Source of the DNA: Planctomycetota bacterium
GTDB lineage: Bacteria > Planctomycetota > UBA8108 > SXIK01
Assembly (NCBI GenBank): GCA_965223845.1
Contig: CBDCXR010000004.1
Coordinates: forward strand, 2,016,001 to 2,080,000
Length of the DNA: 64,000 nt
Direction: 5' to 3'
In this document: positions 41,558-51,418 of the stretch, one piece after another
Numbering within the stretch: position 1 is the first letter of the stretch
How the letters are laid out: every line of letters begins with the position of its first letter
Notes under the pieces: generated by a model
What the model was told of the DNA's origin: nothing
Databases searched by the model: none
The model's input: the letters and a program-made list of their open reading frames with translations, nothing else
Program-made: the position numbers and the translations under genes

Positions 41558-43438
41558 ATGCTTCCACTCGCTCGGACCCATCGAAGCGAAGGTGCTGCCC
41601 GAAGCGGACGCTTCGCGGGAGCGATCCTCGTCGTCTTCGCGCTGGCGTCGGTTTGCGCCACTCCGATCGTCCAGGCCGCGTCTGCGGCCGGTCAAAGCGA
41701 CAAGAAAAGTCGGAGCAGCAAGAAGGGTCGCGGGAACAAGAAGGCCTCGGCCGACTCGTGGCAGGAAAAGGAGTTCGAGCGCGTCCTCGCCAAGTTCGAG
41801 AAGGAGAAAGAGCTCCAGCCGTACGAACGCATCCCCACGATCCAGGCCTTCGGCAAAGCGCCGTGTAAGCGTACGGTCGACTTTCTGAAGGGACTTCTCA
41901 AGAGCGAGTCGAACATCGGCATCCTGACGGCCGTTTGTCGCGCGCTCACTTGGATCAAGTCGGCCGATGCGATCCAGGTCGTACTCACCGACGCGATTCC
42001 GAAGATCGCAGCGATGCCGAGCTCGGGTTTCGCCCTCGGGCAGATCGGACAGATGCTGCAGGGCCCGATGTCGTCGGAGGCCGAGGAGTGGCTTCTCTCT
42101 CGGGGCCTACGCATCCCCGCCCTCAGAAAGAACGAGACGGTCTTTCCGCTCCTTCTCGAAGCCGCGGCGGCGCGGCACAGTCCGAAGCGCATTCCCGTCC
42201 TCTCCAAAGAGATCCGAAAGACTCGCGATCCGAAGCTTCAGGCGAAACTGCTCGTCGCCCTCGCGGAGAAGCCGAGCAGCAGCGTGGTCAAGCTCGCATC
42301 GTCCCTCGTCCGCCATCCCGAGAAGGACGTCAGCATCGCCGCATGGGAAGTCCTCGGCGGACGACCGACGAAGTCGCTGAAAAAACAGTACGTTCGGGGA
42401 CTGAAACACCGCGTTTGGGAAGTGCGCGCGATCTGCGCCGACGCTCTCGGCCGCATCGGCGGCTCCGACGTCGTCGAGCTCCTCACGCCTCTCCTCGACG
42501 ACAAGGACAAGCGAGTTCAGATCGCGGTCGTCGACGCGCTCGCTCACCGCGGGGGCCGCGAGGTGATCGAGCCTCTCTTCCGCGCGATCGATCGCACGAG
42601 CGGACGCGTCCAAGACGACATCGCCGACGCACTCGCACGCCTCACGGGAAAGAACTTCGGGCCGCAGTCGGCGCAGTGGGAAAGCTGGTGGGGCGTTTAC
42701 GGCCCGAAGCTAAAGGACGCCGAACTCGTCCGGCGGACCGCCGAGGAGTTCGTCGCGATCAAGGAAGGCGAGAAGGACAAGGCGACGCTGCTTTACTACG
42801 GACTCCGGGTCCTGTCGGACTACGTCACGTTCGTGATCGACTGCTCGGAGAGCATGAAGGAAGAGTACGTTCCCGCCAAAGAGAAGGAAAAGGCGGCGAA
42901 CGCGCGTCGAACCGGTAAGACCGTCGTCGATACTCCGGAGGAGAAGAAGAAGCGCGCCGACGCGGAGAAGAACGCAAAGAAGCAGCGCATCAAGGTCGCC
43001 AAGGACGAGCTCACCGGCGTCGTGACCGGGCTCAAGGAAGGCACTTCGTTCAACATCGTGCGCTTCGACACCTTCGTCGTCGACTTCGTCCGCAACACGC
43101 TCGCGAGCGGGGACGCGCTGCTCAAGAAGATGGACGAGAAGCTCCGTCCGATGGCGCTCCAGTTCGTCTACACGGCGAAACCCGCCGGACTCACGAACCT
43201 CTCGGGCGCGCTCGAGTCGGCCTTCGGGTACGAGGACGTCGACACGATCTTTCTCCTCTCCGACGGCGCACCGACGGTCGGAATCACCGAGCCGGAACTT
43301 TTCCTGCGAACGGTGAAGCGCTGGAATCGCCTGCGCAAGATCAAGATCAACGTGATCGGGTTCGACCTGAAGCCGAACGAGCGGGCGCTGCTCCGCGAGC
43401 TGGCCGACCAGAACTTCGGCGTGTTCGTCGAACGCTAG
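41558..43438 (+). CDS. Exported HEAT-repeat + von Willebrand factor A domain protein
   Basis: HEAT repeats ('WEVRAICADALG', 'RVQIAVVDALA'); MIDAS motif 'FVIDCSESM', 'T.L..AL', 'IFLLSDGAP'. Confidence 0.85.
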   Translation: MLPLARTHRSEGAARSGRFAGAILVVFALASVCATPIVQAASAAGQSDKKSRSSKKGRGNKKASADSWQEKEFERVLAKFEKEKELQPYERIPTIQAFGKAPCKRTVDFLKGLLKSESNIGILTAVCRALTWIKSADAIQVVLTDAIPKIAAMPSSGFALGQIGQMLQGPMSSEAEEWLLSRGLRIPALRKNETVFPLLLEAAAARHSPKRIPVLSKEIRKTRDPKLQAKLLVALAEKPSSSVVKLASSLVRHPEKDVSIAAWEVLGGRPTKSLKKQYVRGLKHRVWEVRAICADALGRIGGSDVVELLTPLLDDKDKRVQIAVVDALAHRGGREVIEPLFRAIDRTSGRVQDDIADALARLTGKNFGPQSAQWESWWGVYGPKLKDAELVRRTAEEFVAIKEGEKDKATLLYYGLRVLSDYVTFVIDCSESMKEEYVPAKEKEKAANARRTGKTVVDTPEEKKKRADAEKNAKKQRIKVAKDELTGVVTGLKEGTSFNIVRFDTFVVDFVRNTLASGDALLKKMDEKLRPMALQFVYTAKPAGLTNLSGALESAFGYEDVDTIFLLSDGAPTVGITEPELFLRTVKRWNRLRKIKINVIGFDLKPNERALLRELADQNFGVFVER

Positions 43439-43923
43439 CGGGGCGGCCCCTCTCGCCGAGCGGCAATCGCGTAATCGGCGCGCCAGTCGCCTCCCGGTGG
43501 GAAGGCTCCGAGAAACGAGGGCCCTCTCCGCGGGCTGCCTCGAAGGGGCGTTCTGCGGTCCGGGGTCTCGGCGCAGACCGCCGGAGATCCCGAGCGGATC
43601 GTCGCGGGGCCGAACCCCGATTCCTCGGAGACGCCGCTAGCGCGCCCCGAACTCCGTACGAACCGCACCTCTCGCGGCCGCAGCCCGGGCGCAGGTGGGA
43701 CCTCTCGGCCGCTCGGGAAGAGGCCGGCCGCTTCCTCCGTTCACCTTGTTCCGCGAGTTCAGCCGCCGTGGTACCATGGACGTCCGAATCAGCAACGGGC
43801 GCGCGGAACGACCGACGGTCGGACCGCCGCACCGGAGTTCCCCGATCGTTCTAATCCGTGGTTCTCGACCGAGGACGCGGCCGAAGCACGCACCGATTTC
43901 TTGATGCATTCTTGAGGGACGGG

Positions 43924-44418
43924 ATGGCGAAGAAGAAGTCCAGGAAAACGGCCGGCAAGAAGGCCGCGGGAAAGTCGAGCGCGAGCAAGAAGAGCCGCGC
44001 TTCGAAGAAGGCACCGGCGAAGAAGACCGCGCCCGCTCGGCCCGCGCCCACCGGTAGCTCCTGCCAGTTCGTCTGCAGCGAGTGCTATTCGGAGTTCATG
44101 CTTCCCGCGAGCTTCTCCGAGGACACGCTCTCCTGTCCCGAGTGTCTCCACGTGGGCAAGCGACCGGACGACGATTTCATCAAGACCGTTCTCCTTCACA
44201 AGTCGAAGGAGAAGGGCTCGCTCATGATGGCGATGGTCGCCGCGCTCCTCTTCATCGTCGTCACCGCGTACCTGATCTATCAGATCTCTCCGTACGCAGG
44301 CGACTCGGAGCCCGCGATCCCGACCGTCGGACTCCTCGGGATCAGCGGAGTTCTCTTCCTCGCGGTCCTCGGACTCGCCTGGAAGCACGAGTCGAATCGC
44401 TGGGAAGTGTACTTCTAG
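43924..44418 (+). CDS. Small membrane protein: Lys-rich N-tail, Zn-ribbon (CSEC...CPEC), two TM helices
   Basis: ATG at 43924 after GAGGGA; the CxxC pair and two hydrophobic helices are visible in the translation. Confidence 0.8.
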   Translation: MAKKKSRKTAGKKAAGKSSASKKSRASKKAPAKKTAPARPAPTGSSCQFVCSECYSEFMLPASFSEDTLSCPECLHVGKRPDDDFIKTVLLHKSKEKGSLMMAMVAALLFIVVTAYLIYQISPYAGDSEPAIPTVGLLGISGVLFLAVLGLAWKHESNRWEVYF

Positions 44419-44547
44419 CCGCGAGCAGATCTCCCTTGCTCGCGACGCGAAGACGCCCGCTCTCGAGTGCGGCGTTCGCGAACCGCTTCCCTCGGTTCGA
44501 TGCGAAGACCGAGCGTGGAAGATCGCGCGCTGAGCGCTGACCCTGCG

Positions 44548-45897
44548 TTAGCGCTCGGAGGATGCCGACGGCGATTCTGAACCGCGCTCACGGCGCGCGC
44601 GCTCACCGCCTCGGAACGAGCGGCCACCCGGATTCCAGCCGTGGGCACCGTCCCCCCGACTCGGATGGCGGCGCTCGTCGCGCCACCGCTCGCGACCGCC
44701 GCGGCGGTCCCCGCGGCCATGCCGGTCGCTCCGGTCGGAGCCGGTGAGCTTTTTCAGGAGCCGTGCTCGCTCGAACGGTCGGAGCGCCGTCCAGCGGGCC
44801 CACGTCGCCGCCGAGATAAACGGGGGGGCAGCGTGGACGCGACCGTCCGGCCGAGTGACGTTCATCAGTCGCTTCAGATCCTCGGCCGAGCAAGCTCCGA
44901 GCGCGGCCGCCTCCGCCGCGTCGGGGAACGTCGAGTTCCACAACTCGTCGGTGAAGTGACGGCGAAGACGCCGAGCCTGGTCGCGAGGGGACAGCGATTC
45001 GATCTCCGCGCGGGTGGCGGCGGGAAGGCTCTCGATCAGCTTCTGCCGCTTCGCCGCGAAGTGTTCGCCGATTCGGATCTTTCGTGCCTCCGGCGGAAGC
45101 GACTCGAGCTCGGCTCGGAGCTCCGCGGGCAGTCTCTCGAGCATTCGCCGGCGGGACTCCTTGGCCTTCTTCTCGGCAAAGAGCTCGCGCGTCCCGCCCG
45201 GCCGGTGCACGCGATCCGCACCGCGAACGGCCCGGCGACAGCGATCGCTCCGGCTGCCCATGCGGCGCACTCGCTCGATGAACGCCCGCCGCTTCTCGTC
45301 GGGAAGCTCCTTGAGTCGAGCGAACAGGAGCTCGAGCTTCGCCCGTCGGTCGGAGTCTAGCTCCTTCCAGCGGTCGCGGTTCTTGCGCCGTCGCTCGTCG
45401 GGATCGACACTCGGACGCTCGCGCCGAGGGCCACCGCGACGCCACTCGCCCGACCGCCCTGAGCGATCCGGACGACCGCGATCCCCGTTCCTTCTCCACT
45501 CGCCGGGGCCCTTGCCCGACCGCGAGTGCCCAAAGCCCTCGCGTTCCCGCCAACGGGATCTCGAACCGCGACGCTCGTCGTCCGCTTCCTTCGCACGCGC
45601 CCCGGCGCCGCGCTCGGTTCGCGCGCGGCCACGCTTGCGCGTCGACTCGCCCGCCGCCTCTTCGTCTCCGCCGGACCACGCACCTCCGCGAGGCCGATTT
45701 GAGTCAGCAGTCGGGCTCGATTCGCGATCGCCCGCACCGGTCCGGTCGCTCTCTTGCGCGGCGATCGGCACGGCACCGAAGACGACGAGGAAACCCCACG
45801 CGCATACCGCCAGCGCACGCGACCTCGCACCCGTCGATTCTCGTGGATTCGACGGAACGCTCGAGATTGCGCGCGGCTGCTTCGGGAAACGGCTCAT
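44548..45897 (-). CDS. Exported Arg-rich protein with DUF3106-like helical repeats
   Basis: Signal peptide (…PIAA/QE); 'RWKELDSDRRAKL...LKELPDEKR' and 'LESLPPEAR' repeats; third gene of the ECF operon. Confidence 0.65.
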   Translation of the reverse strand: MSRFPKQPRAISSVPSNPRESTGARSRALAVCAWGFLVVFGAVPIAAQESDRTGAGDRESSPTADSNRPRGGAWSGGDEEAAGESTRKRGRARTERGAGARAKEADDERRGSRSRWREREGFGHSRSGKGPGEWRRNGDRGRPDRSGRSGEWRRGGPRRERPSVDPDERRRKNRDRWKELDSDRRAKLELLFARLKELPDEKRRAFIERVRRMGSRSDRCRRAVRGADRVHRPGGTRELFAEKKAKESRRRMLERLPAELRAELESLPPEARKIRIGEHFAAKRQKLIESLPAATRAEIESLSPRDQARRLRRHFTDELWNSTFPDAAEAAALGACSAEDLKRLMNVTRPDGRVHAAPPFISAATWARWTALRPFERARLLKKLTGSDRSDRHGRGDRRGGRERWRDERRHPSRGDGAHGWNPGGRSFRGGERARRERGSESPSASSER

Positions 45898-45936
45898 GAG
45901 ATCGGCCACGGGGAATACGGACACGGGATTACATCT

Positions 45937-46524
45937 CTACATCGACAGCTCTTCTTCGAGGAGGTAGTCGAATACCTCGTCGAGCCAATCCTCGGACTCG
46001 CTCGGCGCGTCGAGAAGAACCTGGACGAGCTCGGGCGTCAGCTCGACCCCCTCCTCGTCGAGGACCTCGAGGACGTCGAGGACGTCGAAGATTTCTTCGT
46101 CCGCGACGGCGAGCGCATCCTCCGGAGAAGGCGACGGAGCATTCGTGCCCGTAGGCGAGAGCCACCACAGGACACCCGCGACGACGAGCGCAGCCGCCGC
46201 GGCGAGCGCGCCCCATCGTCTCCAGTACTGAACGCGAGCGCGCCCCGCCCTCGTGCGCACCGAGCGGACGAACTCTGCCTCTCCGCCCACGCTCGAACCG
46301 GCGAGGATCTCCGCCCTCTGGCCAGAGTAGACGGCGTCCAGAAGATCACCGATCTCTTCGTGTCGTTCGAGCTCCGACCGGCAGGAAACGCAAGTCGACA
46401 GGTGCTCGCGCACGTCGTCCACCGCCGGACCTCGGAGCTCCCCGTCGAGAAACTCGACGAGCGACGCCTGGATACGCTCGCACTGCGGAGGAAGCTCACC
46501 GCGAACGGCGTTTGGATCGGTCAT
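45937..46524 (-). CDS. Zinc-binding anti-sigma factor (zf-HC2) with one TM
   Basis: 'CERIQASLVEFLDGEL.......VREHLSTCVSCR' (HxxxCxxC) followed by a TM helix. Confidence 0.88.
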   Translation of the reverse strand: MTDPNAVRGELPPQCERIQASLVEFLDGELRGPAVDDVREHLSTCVSCRSELERHEEIGDLLDAVYSGQRAEILAGSSVGGEAEFVRSVRTRAGRARVQYWRRWGALAAAAALVVAGVLWWLSPTGTNAPSPSPEDALAVADEEIFDVLDVLEVLDEEGVELTPELVQVLLDAPSESEDWLDEVFDYLLEEELSM

Positions 46525-46579
46525 GGTCGACACCTCGAAATCACAAATTCGTTCGAAACAATTCCCACCGCACTCCCGA

Positions 46580-47275
46580 TCACACGTTCGGCGCCTCGCC
46601 CGCCGATCGAGCCGCGAGGCGGTACTGCTCGAGGCCGATCTTCAGCTTTTCGCGCGCGCGGACGAGCAGCGCCTTCACCGCGAGCGGTGTGACCTGCAAA
46701 ATCTCCGCGATCTCGGCATAGGATAGCGCCTCGAGCCGCTGAAGCTGAAGCGCCGCGCGCTGATTGTCGGGGAGTGCGGCGATGAGACGCTCGACGACGG
46801 CCTCGAGCTCCCGCTGCTCCGCCTGCTCTCCCGGTGAGGCCGAGCGCACATCCTCGACCGAGCCCCAAAACGAGCCGTCATCTTCGTCTTGTGCGGAAGT
46901 TCCGGCGCCCGGATCGGCGAGCACGCGTCGCCGCCGTCGAATCGCCCGAATCTCGTTGAGCACGAGACGATTCGCGATCGTAAACAGCCAGGTGCGAAGC
47001 TGAGCGGTGGGCTCGTAGCGGGCCCGGGCCCGGTAGACTCTCACGAAAACTTCCTGCGTCAGATCTTCCGCGCGGCCGTCGTCGGTGAGCTTGCTGCCGA
47101 TGAAGTGCTGCACGCTCGCCCGGTAGGCCGCCACGATCCGGTCGAATGCCGACGCGTCGCCGGCTTGAAACGCCTGCATCCAGCGGACGCCGTCGTCCGT
47201 CGACTGCGCCTCCCGTGGGAGCGACGGTCCCAGCGGGGACGGGGATTCGCGGGAAGAGTCGTCGAGTCGATTCAT
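46580..47275 (-). CDS. ECF RNA polymerase sigma factor
   Basis: Region 2 'AEDLTQEVFVRVY...TWLFTIANRL' and region 4 'LPDNQRAAL...LSYAEIAEIL....AVKALLVRAR'. Start 47275 or 47308. Confidence 0.93.
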   Translation of the reverse strand: MNRLDDSSRESPSPLGPSLPREAQSTDDGVRWMQAFQAGDASAFDRIVAAYRASVQHFIGSKLTDDGRAEDLTQEVFVRVYRARARYEPTAQLRTWLFTIANRLVLNEIRAIRRRRRVLADPGAGTSAQDEDDGSFWGSVEDVRSASPGEQAEQRELEAVVERLIAALPDNQRAALQLQRLEALSYAEIAEILQVTPLAVKALLVRAREKLKIGLEQYRLAARSAGEAPNV

Positions 47276-47740
47276 CCAGTCGAGACGTAACGTCGCCGCA
47301 GGGCTCATGCGGGTGAAACCCCGCCCAGCGTCGAGAGTTGCGAAATGTCCGGCCGCCCGCCCGCGACGGCACCAGGAGCGAAACCCGAGGCGAGCACGCT
47401 TCCGGAAAGAATTAGAGACATCGGCAGCGAGAGGCGCTTTCGGAATCCGCGCCCCTTCGTCCTCAAGTCTCGGAAATGTCGAAACTTCTGGCTCCGACGG
47501 GCACGTGCGCGGACTCGACGGCCCTGTCGTTCCGCCCGGAAAACCTCCGTCCCGCGCTCCTCTCCGTTCTGATAGGATACGCGCCTCACGACGCCTTCGG
47601 CACCCCGGCCGCCACCCGCTCTTCGGCTCTCGAGGCGCGGGCGAGCTCGTCCTCCCCGGGCGCGCGCGCCCGATCGGGAGGAGAATCTACGGGGAACCGA
47701 CTCGGCGGACATGGCGGTCGAACCCGGAGAGGAGCCAGGC

Positions 47741-49858
47741 ATGCGACGCGCAGGTCGAACCGCGATCTACAGTTTCGCGCTCTGCGCGGTGCTCGCCGCC
47801 GCGAGCTTCGCATTCTACCACCAGCCGTCGCAAGCGACGCTCCGGCTCGAGAATCTTCTCGCCCGCTACTTCGCCGTTCCCGTTCGTGTGAGCGGCTGTC
47901 TCAGCGACCCGCTCGGATCCGGAGTCTCGATCGACGAGATCGCGGTTCCGGCTTCGCCCGTCGTCGTCTCAGCGAACCTCCTCGTACTTCGCGGTCTCCG
48001 CGGCGACCCGCCGGGCGCGAGTCGATTTCGGCACACACTCGAGCGTCGCACCGACGGCGGCGCGCTCCGCGTTCCGGAATGGCGAGCCCGGTCCGCAGAG
48101 CTCGCGCTCGAGAGTCGATCGACCGACCCCCTACACTCGCCGCTCGCCGGCGAGTGGAACGCCTCCGCGCTTCTTCACGATCACATCGACCTCGCCAAAG
48201 TTCGGAGTGGCAACGCGCGCATCATCGTCGACGAGCTCACACTGCGGTACGCAACTCACATCGGCGCAGCGATCCGCCGATGGGACGCGACCTTCGAGTC
48301 GGTCGAAGCCCGGCCTAGCCGCGACGATCGCGTCGTCGTCGACGGCGCACTCCGCGAGTGCGAACACTGGCGCGGCGGCGAGCTGAGCGTGTCGCTCGGA
48401 CGCGATGGTTCGGTTCAGGTCGCGGGCGAGGTCGACTCGCTCGTCGTGAAACCTTCCGAGGGCGCCCTCCTCGGCTCTCCCTGGCGGCGGCTCGTCGAGA
48501 CGCTCGATCTTCACGGCGAGACCGACCTCGACATCCGACGAGTCGAATGGGGAGAGAGCGCCTCATTCGAGCTCGACGTCCTCTCGAGCCATTACGATAG
48601 TCGCCTCCGACTCGGGGCCGCGGAGCTCGAGCACATCCGCGGGACCGCTCACTGCGACGCGCGCGGAGTTCGTTTCGGCCGGTACGCGAATCGGCCGCCA
48701 TTCGAAGCCGAGGTGTGTGGGATCACGATCGGGCTCCACGGTCACCTGGCCGACGGGCGCGGCGAAGTCGGCGCCCGGCTCGAATCGACCGATCTCCGCG
48801 ACGTCAGTCTCGTCTGCGGCGAATCCACACCGGCGGACGGGGGCATGGTTCCGCGTCTCGCGAGACTGATCCATCTCGCTCACGTCGACGGCCTGTCGAC
48901 CGGCGAGCTCACACTCCGCATCACTCCCGAGGGGGTGGGCGACTGGACGAGCGAGTTCCCGCTTCGCAGCGTGACCTTCGGTGTGCTCCCCTTTCTGCGC
49001 GCCGGCCGCGGCGTCCTTCACGCGAGTGATCTCGATGGGCGGCGGTCGCTCCGCGTGATCGTCGACGAGGTGAGCTGGGATGGTTTGGGCCTGCTCTCTG
49101 GCGAGCTCACCGGTTCGTGGACGGACGACGGGTTCCGGCTCGCGGCGACGTCGATCGCGGTTCGGCCCCACGGCGAGGACGCGTCTCGCGGCACGGCAGT
49201 CCTCTTCGGCGAAAGCGAATGGGCTTGGGGCGGGGAGCTTCGCTCACTCGATCTCCGATGGACGGACGTCGAGTTCGCATCGGAACTGCTCGCCGCGACC
49301 GGGATCGCCGGCGGAATCGAGTCGAACGGCGACGCGATCGCCGGTGAGATCACTCTCGGTCCGGGCACCGTCCTCGGCGAGATCGTCGCGCCACGACTGG
49401 AATCCCCGCCGAAACCGCGGAGCGAGGAGGCGCGCGTGACCACCGAAACGGGACCGGCCGACAGCGACACGAAGAGTTCGGCCCCCCTCGAGGGTAGCGA
49501 GAGCGACGGCGGTCACTCGGACGAGCCGCCACCGCTTCCGCGCCGCGCATTCGAACGCGGCCGAGCGCACCTCGTCTTCGCGGCGAACGGAGTCGAGATC
49601 CGATCGCTCAAGCTCCTCGGTCCCGACTGGACTCTCCGCGCGGCGGGAACGATCTCGGCCCGCGGGGAGATCGAGCTGACGCTCGTGGTCGCCGACCACG
49701 CCGAGTATTCGTTCCGGGTCGACGCACTGGACGCCGCCGGTCTCGACGAATGGGAGGCCGCCGCGGGGAAGACGTTCCGCATCGTCCGGCTGGCGGGACG
49801 GTTCGCTCGGCCCCGCGCACGAATCGTCACGCAGCCGGAGCGGAGCGGCGAGTCCTGA
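47741..49858 (+). CDS. Hypothetical membrane-anchored beta-rich protein (AsmA-like suggested)
   Basis: N-terminal TM, long amphipathic beta-strand character, C-terminal 'LRAAGTISARGEIELTL...VRLAGRFARP'. Confidence 0.6.
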   Translation: MRRAGRTAIYSFALCAVLAAASFAFYHQPSQATLRLENLLARYFAVPVRVSGCLSDPLGSGVSIDEIAVPASPVVVSANLLVLRGLRGDPPGASRFRHTLERRTDGGALRVPEWRARSAELALESRSTDPLHSPLAGEWNASALLHDHIDLAKVRSGNARIIVDELTLRYATHIGAAIRRWDATFESVEARPSRDDRVVVDGALRECEHWRGGELSVSLGRDGSVQVAGEVDSLVVKPSEGALLGSPWRRLVETLDLHGETDLDIRRVEWGESASFELDVLSSHYDSRLRLGAAELEHIRGTAHCDARGVRFGRYANRPPFEAEVCGITIGLHGHLADGRGEVGARLESTDLRDVSLVCGESTPADGGMVPRLARLIHLAHVDGLSTGELTLRITPEGVGDWTSEFPLRSVTFGVLPFLRAGRGVLHASDLDGRRSLRVIVDEVSWDGLGLLSGELTGSWTDDGFRLAATSIAVRPHGEDASRGTAVLFGESEWAWGGELRSLDLRWTDVEFASELLAATGIAGGIESNGDAIAGEITLGPGTVLGEIVAPRLESPPKPRSEEARVTTETGPADSDTKSSAPLEGSESDGGHSDEPPPLPRRAFERGRAHLVFAANGVEIRSLKLLGPDWTLRAAGTISARGEIELTLVVADHAEYSFRVDALDAAGLDEWEAAAGKTFRIVRLAGRFARPRARIVTQPERSGES

Positions 49859-49975
49859 CGGAGCTCTCCATCGCGGCTTCACGGAACGAAGGCCGAAGAA
49901 TTCGTGTTCGCGGCGAAGCATCGCGACGCGGAGATCCGCGTCCTCGAGCTCGGCCGCGGGCTCGCGCCGGAGCGG

Positions 49976-50004
49976 TTGCCACCCCATAGGCGCATCGCTA
50001 TAAT
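49976..50004 (+). promoter_or_regulatory. Sigma70 promoter of tRNA-Ala
   Basis: TTGCCA-17 nt-TATAAT followed by a GC-rich discriminator. Confidence 0.85.
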
Positions 50005-50039
50005 CGCGCCTCCATCGCCGGCGAGAGCCGGCCCGATGC

Positions 50040-50115
50040 GGGCCTGTAGCTCAGTTGGGAGAGCGCTGCGTTCGCAATGCAGAGGTCAGGGGTTCGACTC
50101 CCCTCAGGTCCACCA
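50040..50115 (+). tRNA. tRNA-Ala(CGC)
   Basis: 76-nt cloverleaf: acceptor GGGCCTG/CAGGTCC with G3:U70, anticodon arm CTGCG-TTCGCAA-TGCAG, T-loop GGTTCGA, encoded CCA. Confidence 0.96.
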
Positions 50116-50135
50116 TGCCCACGCGCCTCGGCAGA

Positions 50136-50165
50136 CCCTCTGAAGGATGGCCCTCTGAAGGATGG
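50136..50165. repeat. Perfect 15-bp tandem duplication inside the post-tRNA hairpin
   Basis: CCCTCTGAAGGATGG twice, enclosed by the inverted repeat GCCTCGGCAGAC/GTCTGCCGAGGC. Confidence 0.85.
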
Positions 50166-50242
50166 CGTCCTTCCGAGCGTCTGCCGAGGCCGTTTTCATC
50201 TATGGAGTCTCCCGCGAACGGGGGCCGTTCGTTCTCTCGGAC

Positions 50243-51295
50243 TCACCAAGCGTACTGCCAGCCCCCCGTGAGCAGCCAATCCGTCTCGAGCTGCGGGCCG
50301 TCGAGTGCCTGATAGATGGGTAGGCCGAACTCGATCGCGATCCTCTGGCCGCGATACCACGATTCCCGGCCGTAGAGATTGACGCCGACGAGCACGTCGA
50401 TCCGCTCGCCGCCGCGTCGGTTAGGATCGGCGGTCGGCACCATCGCCGGATTGAAGTCCTTGTCCCGGCCGTCGATGTTTCCCCACGCCTGTCCATCGAG
50501 TCGGAGCGAAGTGCTGAGCCAGCGCGTCCACTTGCGCGCGCCCCAGACCGTGAGCTGCGCTCGGTCGCCGAGCGAGTAGCCGGAACTGTTTCGGCCGAGT
50601 CGAACCGTTCCGAGCACTTGTGCGCCCCACGACCAATCGTCGCTCTGGCCGAGGTACGTGAGACCCGGGAGAAGATCGAACGTACCCGATCCTAGCTGCA
50701 TCGGGTACGGGAGCTTCGCTCGCGCGGCGGCCGGCGTGTCGTCCTTCTCCTCGATTGATCCCGTCGGCAGGCTGACCCCCGCGTTCAGATGGAGTTGCTG
50801 GCGCGCCCAGCGGTGGAGGACGAAGAGGCTGCCCAGCTTGAAGTCGCCGAATCCGTCGGTGCGCGTCGTGAACTCGACGCCCGTCCGTGTCCGGTGATCC
50901 ATCTCTTGGCGAATGTAGGGCGCCATGAGCACGAGCGTGAGATCGTCCGTCGGCGCGTGCATCACCCCGAACATGTGCATCTCCATGTACATCATTGTCG
51001 GGGAGACCGGAAAGTCGGCGAGGACGTCGCTCGTGCTCTGCTTGCCGCCGCGACTGCGATTGCCGTCCATCCTCATGAACATGTACCGGTAGGAGAGCAT
51101 CCACTCGCCCGCACTGTGCGTGTGTTCTCCCATGACGCCGATCGGCGCGTGTCCGTCGGGGCGTCCAGCCGACCAGAGAAGCTCGCCGGTCGGAGACGTC
51201 CGGTGCGGCGCGTCGTCCGCGAACGTGCCGAGACCGACTGACGACCATCCGACGAGAAAAAGAGCGACACCATGTCGCCAGATCGTAGAAGACAT
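50243..51295 (-). CDS. Outer-membrane beta-barrel transporter (MetA-pathway/phenol-degradation-like family) with a His/Met-rich N-terminus
   Basis: Signal peptide; 'RPDGHAPIGVMGEHTH..GEWMLSYRYMFMRM', 'MMYMEMHMFGVMH', 'GFGDFKL', 'SLPTGS', 'MQLGSGTFD'; aromatic C-terminus 'GWQYAW'. Confidence 0.85.
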   Translation of the reverse strand: MSSTIWRHGVALFLVGWSSVGLGTFADDAPHRTSPTGELLWSAGRPDGHAPIGVMGEHTHSAGEWMLSYRYMFMRMDGNRSRGGKQSTSDVLADFPVSPTMMYMEMHMFGVMHAPTDDLTLVLMAPYIRQEMDHRTRTGVEFTTRTDGFGDFKLGSLFVLHRWARQQLHLNAGVSLPTGSIEEKDDTPAAARAKLPYPMQLGSGTFDLLPGLTYLGQSDDWSWGAQVLGTVRLGRNSSGYSLGDRAQLTVWGARKWTRWLSTSLRLDGQAWGNIDGRDKDFNPAMVPTADPNRRGGERIDVLVGVNLYGRESWYRGQRIAIEFGLPIYQALDGPQLETDWLLTGGWQYAW

Positions 51296-51418
51296 AATCA
51301 CTCTCCGCAGAGTCCAAGTGCGGCCGCGACGTCGATGCGATGCGGCCACGACCGCGCGCTAGCGCGCAGCTACGCGAGGTGGAAAACCCATCCGGCCGGC
51401 GCGCACCGCGCCGGCACC

